Assembly (NCBI RefSeq): GCF_014280175.1
Contig: NZ_CP047931.1
Location: 1,440,001 to 1,472,000 of the forward strand
DNA: 32,000 bases
Reading direction: 5' to 3'
Source of the DNA: Synechococcus sp. A15-28
GTDB lineage: Bacteria > Cyanobacteriota > Cyanobacteriia > PCC-6307 > Cyanobiaceae
Shown: positions 1-10,759 of the stretch, one piece after another
How positions within the stretch are numbered: position 1 is the stretch's first letter
Layout: each line of letters starts with the position of its first letter
The notes under the pieces: generated by a model
Database searches by the model: none
Seen by the model: only the letters and a program-made list of their open reading frames with translations
Told to the model about the DNA's origin: nothing
Made by a program: the position numbers and the translations under genes

Positions 1-444
1 CCGATGGCGCGGGCGGTGCGCCAGAAACCTGGAGGTCTTGAGGCGGGCTTTGTGGATGCGGAGGGGCAGTGGATTCAGATGAACCCTGCAGTCCCCACCG
101 TCAACCCCAGCACATCGATCACGATCAAAGGTTGGACCGCGGAGCGCAGGACGCTGATTGCGTCCTTGCTGCAGCAGCTCAGCCGCCTCGAGGGCAAGCT
201 GCAACGCATCACCCTGCACCCTGATGGCGCTGTCAGTCTTCGCCATCGCACCCTTGGACGGATTGACCTTGGCGATGACAACCAATTGTTGACCCAACAA
301 ATGGACGCGATTGTTGAACTGAATCAATCCATACCACCGCATCTTTTGCAGGGGAATGGAGCGGTGATCGACCTGAGCAACCCGGAACGCCCGGAAATTC
401 AATTGCCGGTGAAGCCCGCCGCCACGGCTAACGACGACGACTGA
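1..444 (+). CDS. ftsQ: Cell division protein FtsQ, C-terminal part (5' end lies outside the window)
   Basis: The frame is open from the window edge to TGA at 442-444. The gene sits directly upstream of ftsZ, as in the conserved cyanobacterial ftsQ-ftsZ pair. The call rests mainly on synteny; I recognise no sharp motif. Confidence 0.55.
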   Translation, partial: PMARAVRQKPGGLEAGFVDAEGQWIQMNPAVPTVNPSTSITIKGWTAERRTLIASLLQQLSRLEGKLQRITLHPDGAVSLRHRTLGRIDLGDDNQLLTQQMDAIVELNQSIPPHLLQGNGAVIDLSNPERPEIQLPVKPAATANDDD

Positions 445-502
445 TAAGAGAGCAACAGCGTTTGCATCCGATCTGCAGACGGTTGAAGCCTTCAGGGACA
501 TA

Positions 503-1648
503 ATGCAGCCAAACCACTGCAAATCGGCCTCGACGATGGAGATGGGGAGCAGAACATCGTTTGATGCCACGGGGATCCAGCCCAGCCAGAACGCCAAGAT
601 TGAGGTGATCGGAGTTGGCGGGGGTGGCAGCAATGCCGTCAACCGGATGATCCTCAGCGATCTGGAGGGTGTTGCCTATCGCGTGCTCAACACCGATGCC
701 CAGGCCCTGATTCAATCCCAGGCGCAGCATCGCCTCCAACTCGGACAAACCCTCACCCGGGGACTCGGGGCCGGTGGCAACCCAACCATCGGGCAGAAGG
801 CAGCCGAAGAATCCCGCACAGACCTGCACGACTCCCTTCAGGGTTCCGATCTGGTCTTCATCGCCGCAGGCATGGGTGGTGGCACCGGAACCGGTGCAGC
901 ACCGGTGGTCGCCGAAGTGGCCCGTGAGGTGGGCGCCCTCACCGTGGGAATCGTGACCAAGCCCTTCGGGTTCGAAGGGCGTCGCCGCATGCGCCAGGCG
1001 GACGAAGGCATCGCCCGCCTGGCAGAGCATGTGGACACACTGATCGTGATTCCCAACGATCGCCTGCGCGAAGCGATCGCCGGGGCCCCGCTTCAGGAGG
1101 CCTTCCGCAGTGCCGATGACGTGCTGCGGATGGGCGTGAAAGGCATCAGCGACATCATCACCTGCCCAGGATTGGTCAATGTCGACTTCGCCGACGTCCG
1201 CTCCGTGATGACGGAAGCGGGAACAGCACTGCTCGGCATCGGCATTGGATCCGGCCGTTCCAGGGCCGTTGAGGCGGCTCAGGCCGCCATCAGCAGTCCA
1301 CTGCTGGAAACCGAGCGCATCGACGGAGCCAAGGGCTGCGTGATCAACATCAGCGGCGGCCGTGATATGACCCTCGAGGATATGACCACAGCTTCTGAGG
1401 TGATCTACGACGTGGTGGATCCTGAGGCGAACATCATCGTCGGTGCCGTCGTCGATGAGGCGCTGGAAGGTGAAATTCACGTCACCGTGATCGCCACCGG
1501 TTTTGACCAGGGTCAGCAATACCGCTGTGAGCGCAGTGGTTCCACTGGTCTTGCAACCCAACCACTTCGCCGGGAGATGGAAGAGAACGGCGCCCGGATC
1601 CCTGAATTTCTTCGTCAGCGGCAGCAACAGAACACCGATCCGTCCTGA
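503..1648 (+). CDS. ftsZ: Cell division GTPase FtsZ
   Basis: The 381-aa ORF has [17 protein letters not shown] and the tubulin signature [17 protein letters not shown]. The start could also be an in-frame ATG at 536 or 542. Confidence 0.95.
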   Translation: MQPNHCKSASTMEMGSRTSFDATGIQPSQNAKIEVIGVGGGGSNAVNRMILSDLEGVAYRVLNTDAQALIQSQAQHRLQLGQTLTRGLGAGGNPTIGQKAAEESRTDLHDSLQGSDLVFIAAGMGGGTGTGAAPVVAEVAREVGALTVGIVTKPFGFEGRRRMRQADEGIARLAEHVDTLIVIPNDRLREAIAGAPLQEAFRSADDVLRMGVKGISDIITCPGLVNVDFADVRSVMTEAGTALLGIGIGSGRSRAVEAAQAAISSPLLETERIDGAKGCVINISGGRDMTLEDMTTASEVIYDVVDPEANIIVGAVVDEALEGEIHVTVIATGFDQGQQYRCERSGSTGLATQPLRREMEENGARIPEFLRQRQQQNTDPS

Positions 1649-1792
1649 CGGAATTGGGTGACCCGGAATCCACGCCTGCTCTGAGCATCCCGTGTGGCTG
1701 CTCCCTTCCGGGCCTGACCAGATTTGGGTGTCCGAGCCGCATGGCCCGAGTCCCCTTGATGCTAGCAATGAGCGCTGAGGCCCTATGCGCCC

Positions 1793-2596
1793 GTGCGTCC
1801 AGCTGATCTGATCCGACAGAAGCAGAACGGTCGACCGATCACGATCCTCACGGCCTGGGACAGTATGTCTGCGGCGCTGGTGGAAGCCGCTGGCGCCGAT
1901 GCTGTTCTGGTGGGTGACTCCCTGGCGATGGTCGCCCTGGGCCATGCCACCACGCTGCCGGTGACGCTCGATCAGATGCGGCACCACACCCTTGCTGTGA
2001 GCCGCGGATTCAACGCAGAACCCTCGCGGCAACCGCTGCTGATCTGCGACCTTCCCTTCCTCAGCTATCAATGTGGGCCGGACCTCGCCGTACAGGCGGC
2101 AGGAACGCTGTTGAAGGAAACCCCCGCCGCCGCCGTCAAGCTCGAGGGAGCGGAGGCTGAGGTTCTGGCCGCGATCGACCGGCTGGTGCGGATGGGGATT
2201 CCCGTGATGGGCCACTTGGGGCTCACACCGCAGGCGGTGCATCGCCTCGGCTATAGGCGTCAGGCTCAAGACCCGGTCAGTCAGGAACGGCTGCTCAACC
2301 AGGCGATTGCCTTAGAGCAGGCAGGGTGCTTCGCGCTCGTGCTGGAACATGTCCCCTCGGATCTGGCAGGGGTGGTGCGTCGTCGTCTTCAGATCCCTGT
2401 GATCGGCATCGGTGCCGGAGACGACTGCGATGGCCAGATCCGCGTCACCGCAGACCTGCTCGGCCTGACGCAGCAACAGCCACCCTTCAGTCCGGCCTTG
2501 ATTCCTGGGCAGCAGCTGTTTGTGGAGGCCCTTCGGACGTGGGTTGCTGAACAGACTCCCACCACAACACCACCTCCAGCAGCACCCGATTGCTGA
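1793..2596 (+). CDS. panB: 3-methyl-2-oxobutanoate hydroxymethyltransferase (ketopantoate hydroxymethyltransferase)
   Basis: GTG start. The N-terminus [36 protein letters not shown] and the later VKLEG and MGHLGLTPQ segments are typical PanB. Confidence 0.9.
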   Translation: MRPADLIRQKQNGRPITILTAWDSMSAALVEAAGADAVLVGDSLAMVALGHATTLPVTLDQMRHHTLAVSRGFNAEPSRQPLLICDLPFLSYQCGPDLAVQAAGTLLKETPAAAVKLEGAEAEVLAAIDRLVRMGIPVMGHLGLTPQAVHRLGYRRQAQDPVSQERLLNQAIALEQAGCFALVLEHVPSDLAGVVRRRLQIPVIGIGAGDDCDGQIRVTADLLGLTQQQPPFSPALIPGQQLFVEALRTWVAEQTPTTTPPPAAPDC

Positions 2597-3710
2597 GGGC
2601 CATCCCCTCCGGATCCCTGAGTTGCCAGCGACCGGACCGTTTCTGCAGCAGCCCCTGATCCAGAAATGGTTTCCAGCGCTGCTCGAGAGCCGGACCATTG
2701 CTGCTGGGTAAGACAACACCCTCCCGACGCCGCAATCCCACGAGCAAAAGATCGTCTAGTGGCATCCCGGCCCCATTCGCCACCGGCGGAGGCATCTCCA
2801 GCCAGCTGCGATAGGCATCCCGGGTTCGAGGCCGAGCCAACCGTTCCCCCCGAACAGCCGACGTGGCGCCCATGCCAAAGCCCCACCAGCCGGCACCACT
2901 CCAGTACACCCGGTTGTGGCGTGAGGCGTGTCCAGGTCGGGCATGGTTGGAGATCTCATATCGGCTCAGCCCAGCGGCTGCCAGCCGCGCGCTGGTGTGG
3001 GCCATCAAACGCACCGCCAGGTCCTCCTCAGGCAGCTCCAGCTGCGCCCGCTCAGCTCTTCGGGCGAAGACTGTTCCAGGCTCAACCGACAGGTCATAGA
3101 CCGAGAGATGTGGCGCCTGCGACGCAAGGGCCTGGTCCAGCTGATCGTCCCAGTGGTCAAAGGTCTGGCCAGGCAGGTTCTGAATCAGATCAAGGCTCCA
3201 GCTCTCCAATTCCCCGTCTCGATGGGCCGCCTGCATCCAGTGGCAGGCCTCCAGCAGGTCAGCCCTCCGATGACGGCGGCCAAGGTCGACCAGAACAGCG
3301 TCATCAAAGCTCTGGCCCCCCAGGCTGATGCGGTTCACCCCAGCAGCCAGCACCGCCACGAGTTGGGCTTGATCAAAACTGGCAGGGTCCATCTCAAGGG
3401 TGATTTCCGCACCCGGCTGCAGGCCGAATTGCTGACGCAAGGCTGAAAGCAGTGCGCCGATCTGATCCGCCGTCAGCAGGGAGGGAGTGCCGCCACCGAT
3501 GTAGACGGTCGACAACGGTGGACCACTTGGAGCGGCAGCGATCTCGCGATGAATCAGCTGCAGGTACTCCGCAATGGAGCGGCTGCCCGGACCATCCCTT
3601 GCATCCACGCGATCCCCCAGCGGAACCACAGCGAAATCGCAGTAGTAACAGCGGCGATGGCAGAAAGGAATGTGGAGATAGGCGCTGCGGGGAGGAGGTG
3701 GATAGGGCAT
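2487..3710 (-). CDS. hemW: Radical SAM heme chaperone HemW / HemN-like oxygen-independent coproporphyrinogen oxidase family protein
   Basis: It has the radical SAM CxxxCxxC motif ([16 protein letters not shown]) and GGGTPS. The ORF is open up to 3833, but the family-typical N-terminus begins at ATG 3708-3710 ([17 protein letters not shown]). Confidence 0.85.
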   Translation of the reverse strand: MPYPPPPRSAYLHIPFCHRRCYYCDFAVVPLGDRVDARDGPGSRSIAEYLQLIHREIAAAPSGPPLSTVYIGGGTPSLLTADQIGALLSALRQQFGLQPGAEITLEMDPASFDQAQLVAVLAAGVNRISLGGQSFDDAVLVDLGRRHRRADLLEACHWMQAAHRDGELESWSLDLIQNLPGQTFDHWDDQLDQALASQAPHLSVYDLSVEPGTVFARRAERAQLELPEEDLAVRLMAHTSARLAAAGLSRYEISNHARPGHASRHNRVYWSGAGWWGFGMGATSAVRGERLARPRTRDAYRSWLEMPPPVANGAGMPLDDLLLVGLRRREGVVLPSSNGPALEQRWKPFLDQGLLQKRSGRWQLRDPEGMALSNRVLLEVVLWWESVQQPTSEGPPQTAAAQESRPD

Positions 3711-3749
3711 GCTGCGAACGTTCGACCTGAGCTGCCACGACCTGAGCCC

Positions 3750-4895
3750 ATGGTGGATCTGCTCATCCTGCTTCTGTTTGTGGGGTCCGGCGCAGCCGCC
3801 GGATGGCTCGGCATTCATCTGCTGCCGGAGCAACTGGTCAACCCGGACACAGATGCTGAACAGTTACGTCTGATCCTTACCGCAGGTGGCGGAGGAGCGG
3901 GTCTGCTGGCGGGGCTGGTGTTCAAGCGGCTACGGGTCCGCTTGATGCAGCAGGTGCGGACCATGCCGACGGATCTGCTGGTCAGCAGGGCGGTCGGTCT
4001 GATCCTGGGTCTGCTGGTAGCCAATCTGCTGCTGCTGCCGGTGCTGCTGCTGCCGTTTGCCGGTGGGGTGGTGCTGCTGAAGCCGTTGCTGGCAGTCATC
4101 AGCAACGTGTTCTTCGGCATCCTGGGCAGCAACCTGGCCGAGGTCCATGGACGGACCCTGCTGCGTCTTCTCAATCCCTCCAGCACCGAAGCCCTGCTGG
4201 TGGCGGACGGGGTGCTGACCCCGGCGACCGCCAAAATTCTCGACACCAGCGTGATCATCGACGGACGCATCCGAGGAATGCTCGCCTGCGGATTGTTGGA
4301 AGGCCAGGTGATCGTGGCGGAGTCGGTGATCAGCGAGATGCAGCAGCTTTCTGACTCGACCAACATCGAAAAGCGCGCCAAGGGCCGCCGCGGCCTCAAG
4401 TTGCTGAAGGATCTGCGCGAGACCTATGGCCGACGGCTGGTGATCAACAGCACGAGATACGACGGAAACGGCACCGATGATCGTCTGTTGCAACTGGCGG
4501 ATGACACCGGAGGAACCCTGGTGACCGCTGACTTCAATCTGGCGCAGGTGGCCACTGTCAAGAACCTCAAGGTGATGAACCTGAGTGAGCTGGTGATCGC
4601 CCTGCGCCCGGAGGTCCAGCCCGGCGACGAGCTCAATCTCAAGATCGTGCGCGAAGGCAAGGAGGAGAGCCAGGGGGTGGGCTACCTCGATGACGGAACG
4701 ATGGTGGTGGTCAACGACGCCAAGCCCCTGATCGGGCAGCGCAAGCCGGTGGTGGTCACCGGCGCCCTGCAGACCCCAACGGGTCGGATGGTCTTTGCCC
4801 GGCTCGGAACCGGAACATCAGCCGCAGGATCAAAGGTGAAAAGCAAGGGCAAACCGTCCAGACCGAACAGCCCCAGGACCGAAGGCCCCCGCTAG
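3750..4895 (+). CDS. Membrane-anchored PIN/TRAM domain protein (YacL-like)
   Basis: N-terminal hydrophobic helices start at MVDLLILLLFVGSGAAAG. A PIN-like core follows (ILDTSVIIDGRI, LVTADFNLAQVA), then a TRAM-like C-terminus (LNLKIVREGKEESQGVGYLDDGTMVVV). The ORF is open from 3549, but the ATG at 3750 precedes the first TM helix. Confidence 0.75.
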   Translation: MVDLLILLLFVGSGAAAGWLGIHLLPEQLVNPDTDAEQLRLILTAGGGGAGLLAGLVFKRLRVRLMQQVRTMPTDLLVSRAVGLILGLLVANLLLLPVLLLPFAGGVVLLKPLLAVISNVFFGILGSNLAEVHGRTLLRLLNPSSTEALLVADGVLTPATAKILDTSVIIDGRIRGMLACGLLEGQVIVAESVISEMQQLSDSTNIEKRAKGRRGLKLLKDLRETYGRRLVINSTRYDGNGTDDRLLQLADDTGGTLVTADFNLAQVATVKNLKVMNLSELVIALRPEVQPGDELNLKIVREGKEESQGVGYLDDGTMVVVNDAKPLIGQRKPVVVTGALQTPTGRMVFARLGTGTSAAGSKVKSKGKPSRPNSPRTEGPR

Positions 4896-4925
4896 GCTCC
4901 TGCCACACGAGCCGAAGCGCGGTAG

Positions 4926-5594
4926 ATGACGACGTCAGCCCCCTATTACGGCGATAGCGCCGTGATGCGGACTCCCCCTCCAGATCTTCCTTCCCTGCTG
5001 TTGAAGGAACGGATCGTTTATCTGGGACTCCCCCTGTTTTCGGACGACGATGCCAAGCGTCAGATGGGGATCGATGTCACCGAGCTGATCATTGCTCAGC
5101 TTCTTTATTTGGAGTTCGATAACCCCGAGAAGCCGATTTACTTCTATATCAACTCCACGGGAACCAGCTGGTATTCGGGTGATGCCATCGGCTTCGAGAC
5201 CGAAGCTTTCGCCATCTGCGACACCCTCCGCTATGTGAAGCCGCCGGTGCACACCATCTGCATCGGCCAGGCCATGGGAACGGCTGCGGTGATTCTCTCT
5301 GCCGGCACCAAGGGGCAACGGGCAGCCCTCCCCCATTCCTCGATCGTTCTGCATCAACCCCGCAGCGGCGCCCAGGGGCAGGCAACGGATATCCAGATCC
5401 GTGCCAAGGAAGTGCTGCACAACAAGCAGGCCATGCTTGAAATTCTCTCCACCAACACCGGGCGTTCGGCGGAGGAGTTGAGCAAGGATTCCGACCGGAT
5501 GAGCTACCTGACTCCCGATCAGGCTGTGGAGTACGGCCTGATTGACCGGGTGCTGAGCAGCCGCAAGGAGCTGCCCACCAGCCCGGCCATCTGA
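4926..5594 (+). CDS. clpR: ClpR, non-catalytic ClpP paralog
   Basis: The fold matches the ClpP family, but the catalytic-Ser motif G-x-A-A-S-M-G reads GQAMGTAA here, with no Ser. The gene lies directly upstream of a catalytic clpP, as in the cyanobacterial clpR/clpP3 pair. Confidence 0.85.
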   Translation: MTTSAPYYGDSAVMRTPPPDLPSLLLKERIVYLGLPLFSDDDAKRQMGIDVTELIIAQLLYLEFDNPEKPIYFYINSTGTSWYSGDAIGFETEAFAICDTLRYVKPPVHTICIGQAMGTAAVILSAGTKGQRAALPHSSIVLHQPRSGAQGQATDIQIRAKEVLHNKQAMLEILSTNTGRSAEELSKDSDRMSYLTPDQAVEYGLIDRVLSSRKELPTSPAI

Positions 5595-5637
5595 TTCATC
5601 CCCTTCCGTTTCCTCACGTTTCCCTCTCCTCTGACCC

Positions 5638-6240
5638 ATGCCGATCGGTACTCCCAGCGTTCCCTACCGCCTTCCCGGCAGCCAGATGGAGCGCTGGGTC
5701 GACATCTACACCCGCCTCGGGGTGGAACGGATCCTGTTTCTTGGCTCCGAAGTCAATGACGGCATCGCCAACAGCCTGGTGGCTCAGATGCTCTACCTCG
5801 ACTCAGAAGACAGCAGCAAACCGATCTATTTGTACATCAACTCTCCCGGCGGCTCGGTCACGGCAGGCCTCGCGATCTACGACACCATCCAATACGTCAA
5901 GAGCGAGGTGGTGACCATCTGCGTGGGCCTGGCCGCCTCCATGGGTGCTTTCCTGCTGGCAGCGGGCACAAAGGGCAAGCGGGTCGCGCTGCCCCACAGC
6001 CGGATCATGATCCACCAGCCCCTCGGGGGAACCAGTCGCCGTCAGGCCAGCGACATCGAGATCGAGGCCCGCGAAATTTTGCGGATGAAGGAGATGCTCA
6101 ACCGCTCCCTCTCCGACATGAGTGGCCAGAGCTTTGAAAAAATCGAGAAGGACACCGACCGGGACTACTTCCTCAGTGCCGAGGAAGCCAAGGAGTATGG
6201 CCTGATCGACCGGGTGATCTCCCACCCCAACGAAGCCTGA
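5638..6240 (+). CDS. clpP: ATP-dependent Clp protease proteolytic subunit (ClpP3-like)
   Basis: Catalytic Ser context [11 protein letters not shown], His context IMIHQPLGG and Asp context DTDRDYF are all present in the 200-aa ORF. Confidence 0.92.
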   Translation: MPIGTPSVPYRLPGSQMERWVDIYTRLGVERILFLGSEVNDGIANSLVAQMLYLDSEDSSKPIYLYINSPGGSVTAGLAIYDTIQYVKSEVVTICVGLAASMGAFLLAAGTKGKRVALPHSRIMIHQPLGGTSRRQASDIEIEAREILRMKEMLNRSLSDMSGQSFEKIEKDTDRDYFLSAEEAKEYGLIDRVISHPNEA

Positions 6241-7296
<1,056 letters not shown>

Positions 7297-7300
7297 AGCC

Positions 7301-8293
7301 GTGCCTCTCCAGCCCGATGTCCTGGCGGTTGCCGCCGCCATCGGGCTGGACTGGTCATTGGGAGACCCGTGCTGGATACTGCATCCGGTGGTGGTCATGG
7401 GCTGGTGGATCCAGACCCTGCGACGCATCCTGGAGCCCTGGGCGCAGGACTCCCCCTGGAGACTTCGCCTCAGCGGCGGATTCATCACCCTGGCCCTGGT
7501 GTGCGGCAGCGGACTGGTGGGCTGGGGTATGGAATGGCTGAGCCGGGCTGCTGGCCCGTGGGGATGGCCTGTGCTGGTGGTCGCCCTGGCCAGCGCCCTG
7601 GCCGGTCGCAGCCTTCATGGCAGCGTCATGACGGTGCTTCAGGCCCTGCCTGACGCGGCAACGGATGAGCCCACACTCGCGCGGCAGAAGCTCAGTTGGA
7701 TTGTCGGCCGTGATGTGAGCCAGCTGGACCGGGTGGGCATCCTGCGGGCCTGTGCTGAAACCGCGTCAGAGAACGCCGTGGACGGGCTGTTCGCACCGCT
7801 GTTCTGGATGGCTGCAGGCTGCCTGCTCTGGCGCCTGAACCCGGCCGGACCAGGACCACTGGCGCTGGCCTGGATGTTCAAGGCCTCCAGCACCCTCGAT
7901 TCCATGCTCGGTTACCGCCGTGGACTATTGCGCTGGCTCGGAACCGCCGGTGCCCGGCTTGATGATCTGCTCACCTGGCTGCCCTGCCGTCTGGTGATGC
8001 TCACCCTGCCGCTGGTGAGCGCCCCCTGGAACCGCTGGTTTGCGCTGGTGCGAGCAGCGGAACGGGATGGAGCCCCGGATCCCTCCCCCAACGCCGGTCG
8101 CTCGGAAGCGATCTATGCCCATTGCGCTGAAGTTCGGCTTGGCGGCCGCAATAGATATGGCGCGACATGGGTCGAAAAACCTTTACTGGCAGCCGATCGG
8201 CCGGAACCCGACCGCCAAGCCATCCAAAGGATCCTCAGCCTGACGATTCGGCTTGAGCTGCTGTGGATCGTGCTGCTGGGGCTGATTCAGTAG
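7301..8293 (+). CDS. cbiB: Adenosylcobinamide-phosphate synthase CbiB/CobD
   Basis: GTG start 4 nt after the ilvC stop. It is a multi-TM protein with the N-terminal LDWSLGDP...HPV motif typical of CbiB. Confidence 0.85.
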   Translation: MPLQPDVLAVAAAIGLDWSLGDPCWILHPVVVMGWWIQTLRRILEPWAQDSPWRLRLSGGFITLALVCGSGLVGWGMEWLSRAAGPWGWPVLVVALASALAGRSLHGSVMTVLQALPDAATDEPTLARQKLSWIVGRDVSQLDRVGILRACAETASENAVDGLFAPLFWMAAGCLLWRLNPAGPGPLALAWMFKASSTLDSMLGYRRGLLRWLGTAGARLDDLLTWLPCRLVMLTLPLVSAPWNRWFALVRAAERDGAPDPSPNAGRSEAIYAHCAEVRLGGRNRYGATWVEKPLLAADRPEPDRQAIQRILSLTIRLELLWIVLLGLIQ

Positions 8294-8904
8294 GCGCCGC
8301 GGTCCATCGGCAGCAGCAACACCCCGAAGGTGCGCAGGATGATGGCCAGATCGAGCTTGAAGGAGCGACCCCTGGCGTAAGCCAGGTCCAACTTGACGCG
8401 TTTCTTGTAACTGAGGTTGTTGCGACCGCTCACCTGCCAAAGCCCTGTGAGCCCTGGACGCACCGAAGCCACTTCATCCATGTAGTCGCCGTAGCGCACC
8501 AGCTCCTTGTCCACGATCGGCCGGGGGCCCACCACGCTCATCTCACCACGCAGCACGTTGAGGAACTGCGGCAGTTCGTCCAGGCTGGAACGGCGCAGAA
8601 AACGGCCGATGGAAGTGATGCGTGGGTCGCGCTTGAGCTTGAAGTCCCGTTCGTATTCGGCCCGGAGGGCTGGATCCTCCTCAAGCACCTTGGCCAGAAC
8701 GGCATCCGCATCCGGACGCATCGTGCGGAACTTGATGCATCCGAAACGCTGGTAACCCCGGCCAACGCGCCGTTGCACATAGAAGATCGGCCCTGGCGAG
8801 CTGAGCTTCACCAGCAGGGCCAGAAACAGCAGGACTGGGGAGCCAAGGCCCAGAACAGCCAGGGAGAACAGGATGTCACCACTGCGTTTCAGGCCGCGTC
8901 CCAT
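8287..8904 (-). CDS. Polyprenyl-phosphate sugar phosphotransferase (bacterial sugar transferase, WbaP/WcaJ C-terminal family)
   Basis: It has a KRSGDILFSLAVL TM helix followed by SPGPIFYVQRRVG...IKFRTM...DPRIT..GRFLRRSSLDELPQFLNVLRGEMSVVGPRP. The ORF is open to 9261, but that would overlap the upstream gene, so ATG 8902-8904 is the likely start. Confidence 0.75.
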   Translation of the reverse strand: MGRGLKRSGDILFSLAVLGLGSPVLLFLALLVKLSSPGPIFYVQRRVGRGYQRFGCIKFRTMRPDADAVLAKVLEEDPALRAEYERDFKLKRDPRITSIGRFLRRSSLDELPQFLNVLRGEMSVVGPRPIVDKELVRYGDYMDEVASVRPGLTGLWQVSGRNNLSYKKRVKLDLAYARGRSFKLDLAIILRTFGVLLLPMDRGAY

Positions 8905-9076
8905 GCGGCTCTGCTGGCGGATCAGAGTGCCGGCCGGCAACAGCGAAGCCGGCGCCGAAATCACGGCCAGATGCGGCTTGTAAGAGCTTCGACCGATGGC
9001 CCGCCCGGCAGCCTGTCGCAAGGAAGGGCGGGGGGCCGTGGTCAAAGACTCAACTTGCGTCTCATCACACTCAACG

Positions 9077-10306
9077 TCACAGCTGCAGGGCTGGCATCTC
9101 AGCGGGGTCACTCGCTGCAACGGCACAGCGGCCCTGATGGGCCGTCCAGGCCTGTCGCAACGTCGCCTCAAAACGGGTCTTGAAGGCTTCCGGTCGGAAC
9201 CGCTCCGCCCATTGCCGGATCGCACCGGCATCCAGCTGACGCCAGATCCGGTTCTGCTCAAACCAGCTCACCGCTTCCATAAGGGAGCCGACGTTCTGAT
9301 CAGGGAACAGCACACCCGTGGCCTGCTCGAGACCGCCCGTGGCGCAGCGCACGGTATCCAGCAGCCCTCCGCGGCCAAGGCCGATCACCGGGGCTCCCGC
9401 CGCCATCGCCTCCACCGGGGCGATGCCGAAATCCTCCAGACCGGCGTAGACAAAAGCCCGACAGGAGGACATCAGGGCTTCCACCTGCTCCTGGCTCTGC
9501 CGCCCCAACAGGGTCACCGTGGGACCCGCGAGGGCCTCCAGCCGCTCCCGCTCCGGGCCGTCACCCACCACCAGCAACGGCAGCCCCAGGCGATTGAAGG
9601 CCTCCACCACCAGATCCACACGCTTGTAGGGCACCAGCCGGCAGAGGCAGAGGTAGCTGTCGTCGCGCGCTCCATCCCAGCGGAAACGCTCCACCGCAAC
9701 CGGTGGGTGCAACACCTGGGCCTGACGCCCCCAGAACTTCTGAATGCGGCGGGCGGTGAAGCGGGAATTCGCCAGCAGGTGATCCACCCGCTGGGCGCTG
9801 AGCTGATCCCACTGGCGCAGGGCATGCAGCTGCCAGCGAATCAGAGGGCCAAACCCCCGCCGTGCCAAGGCGGAACGGCTGAGGTAGGCATGCATCTGAT
9901 CCCAGGCGTAGCGCACGGGTGTGTGGACGTAGCTGAGATGCAGCTGATCCGGAGCCGTCATCACCCCCTTGGCCACCAGATGACTGCTGCTGATCACCAG
10001 CTCGGCATCCCCCAGGTCGATCTGCTCAATGGCCAGGGTGAGCAGCGGCAGATATTGCTGGACGTGGCTTACGCCCCAGGGCAATTGCTGAATCGGGCTG
10101 GTGCGGATGTGGCGCCCGAACAGCCAGCTGCCGGGACGTGCTGACTCGCCATCCACCAGCGCCGCCAACTGCGGCGTGCGTTGAAGGCTACAGAGCAGGG
10201 CATCGATGGCCTGAACCACCAGCTCCGCACCACCGGTGGACCGTGGCGAGAACCACTCATGGGCCAGGGCGATGCGCCGCGGTAGATCCTCCTTCGCTGG
10301 AGCCAT
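9077..10306 (-). CDS. Glycosyltransferase, GT4 family
   Basis: C-terminal GT1/GT4 motif EDFGIAPVEAMAAGAPVIG and N-terminal IALAHEWFSPRSTGGAE. The ATG at 10304-10306 is preferred over the GTG at 10330. Confidence 0.8.
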   Translation of the reverse strand: MAPAKEDLPRRIALAHEWFSPRSTGGAELVVQAIDALLCSLQRTPQLAALVDGESARPGSWLFGRHIRTSPIQQLPWGVSHVQQYLPLLTLAIEQIDLGDAELVISSSHLVAKGVMTAPDQLHLSYVHTPVRYAWDQMHAYLSRSALARRGFGPLIRWQLHALRQWDQLSAQRVDHLLANSRFTARRIQKFWGRQAQVLHPPVAVERFRWDGARDDSYLCLCRLVPYKRVDLVVEAFNRLGLPLLVVGDGPERERLEALAGPTVTLLGRQSQEQVEALMSSCRAFVYAGLEDFGIAPVEAMAAGAPVIGLGRGGLLDTVRCATGGLEQATGVLFPDQNVGSLMEAVSWFEQNRIWRQLDAGAIRQWAERFRPEAFKTRFEATLRQAWTAHQGRCAVAASDPAEMPALQL

Positions 10307-10382
10307 CACAGCGCAACCCACCCAACGCAACGAAGTCTCTCAGCCCATTGCGGCGCCGGCGCCTGGTGACGATGCTTGCGGC

Positions 10383-10640
10383 ATGTCCAGCACGAACACC
10401 ACGATCAACCTCCTGCTCGAGGAGGCTCTGAATGAACCGGACATCGGCACCACGAACCGGTTCCGATGGCATGCCACTGCGGTGGGGATCGCTGCGCTGT
10501 GGACGGACGAGTCATCTCCTACCACACCACCGTTTGAGGATGCCCTGCAGGAGGGACTCAAGGTGGGGCTGGACCTCAGTCGCGAGGAACGGGAATTCCA
10601 CCAGGTGCAACAGGGCCTGGTGCTGCTGTTTCACTCCTGA
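10383..10640 (+). CDS. Hypothetical protein (85 aa)
   Basis: ATG-initiated part of ORF 10236-10640, with coding-like composition. I recognise no family. Confidence 0.4.
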   Translation: MSSTNTTINLLLEEALNEPDIGTTNRFRWHATAVGIAALWTDESSPTTPPFEDALQEGLKVGLDLSREEREFHQVQQGLVLLFHS

Positions 10641-10646
10641 TCAGAA

Positions 10647-10733
10647 CGGAGAGGGTGGGATTCGAACCCACGAGGGTGTGACCCCTACACGATTTCGAGT
10701 CGTGCGCAATCAACCGGACTCTGCCACCTCTCC
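10647..10733 (-). tRNA. tRNA-Ser (anticodon CGA)
   Basis: The reverse complement folds as a type II tRNA. It has a 7-bp acceptor stem GGAGAGG/CCTCTCC with discriminator G, and an anticodon stem CACGA/TCGTG with loop CTCGAAA. It also has a long variable arm and a T arm GTGGG-TTCGAAT-CCCAC. CCA is not encoded. Confidence 0.9.
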
Positions 10734-10759
10734 ACACGCCAGACCGGCGTGGTCAGACT

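Noticed and set aside
428-2269. 613-aa ORF antisense to ftsZ and panB. Similar long antisense ORFs occur at 6511-7488, 8263-9183, 8996-10144, 16865-17848, 19612-20391, 22763-23824, 25924-26484, 26445-26969 and 29499-30536.
   Set aside because: Each lies opposite a gene with unmistakable family motifs. Their translations are Arg/Gly/Pro/Ala-rich low-complexity strings typical of stop-poor antisense frames in high-GC DNA. None shows a recognisable domain.
5595-5637. Pyrimidine-rich (CT) tract filling the clpR-clpP spacer.
   Set aside because: It is a compositional curiosity only. There is no repeat or secondary structure, and the two genes are expected to be co-transcribed.
8287-10733. Sugar transferase plus GT4 gene pair next to tRNA-Ser as a possible tRNA-targeted genomic island.
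   Set aside because: Its GC content looks like the backbone. There is no integrase and I found no direct repeat of the tRNA 3' end. The tRNA sits directly downstream of comEC in an ordinary arrangement.
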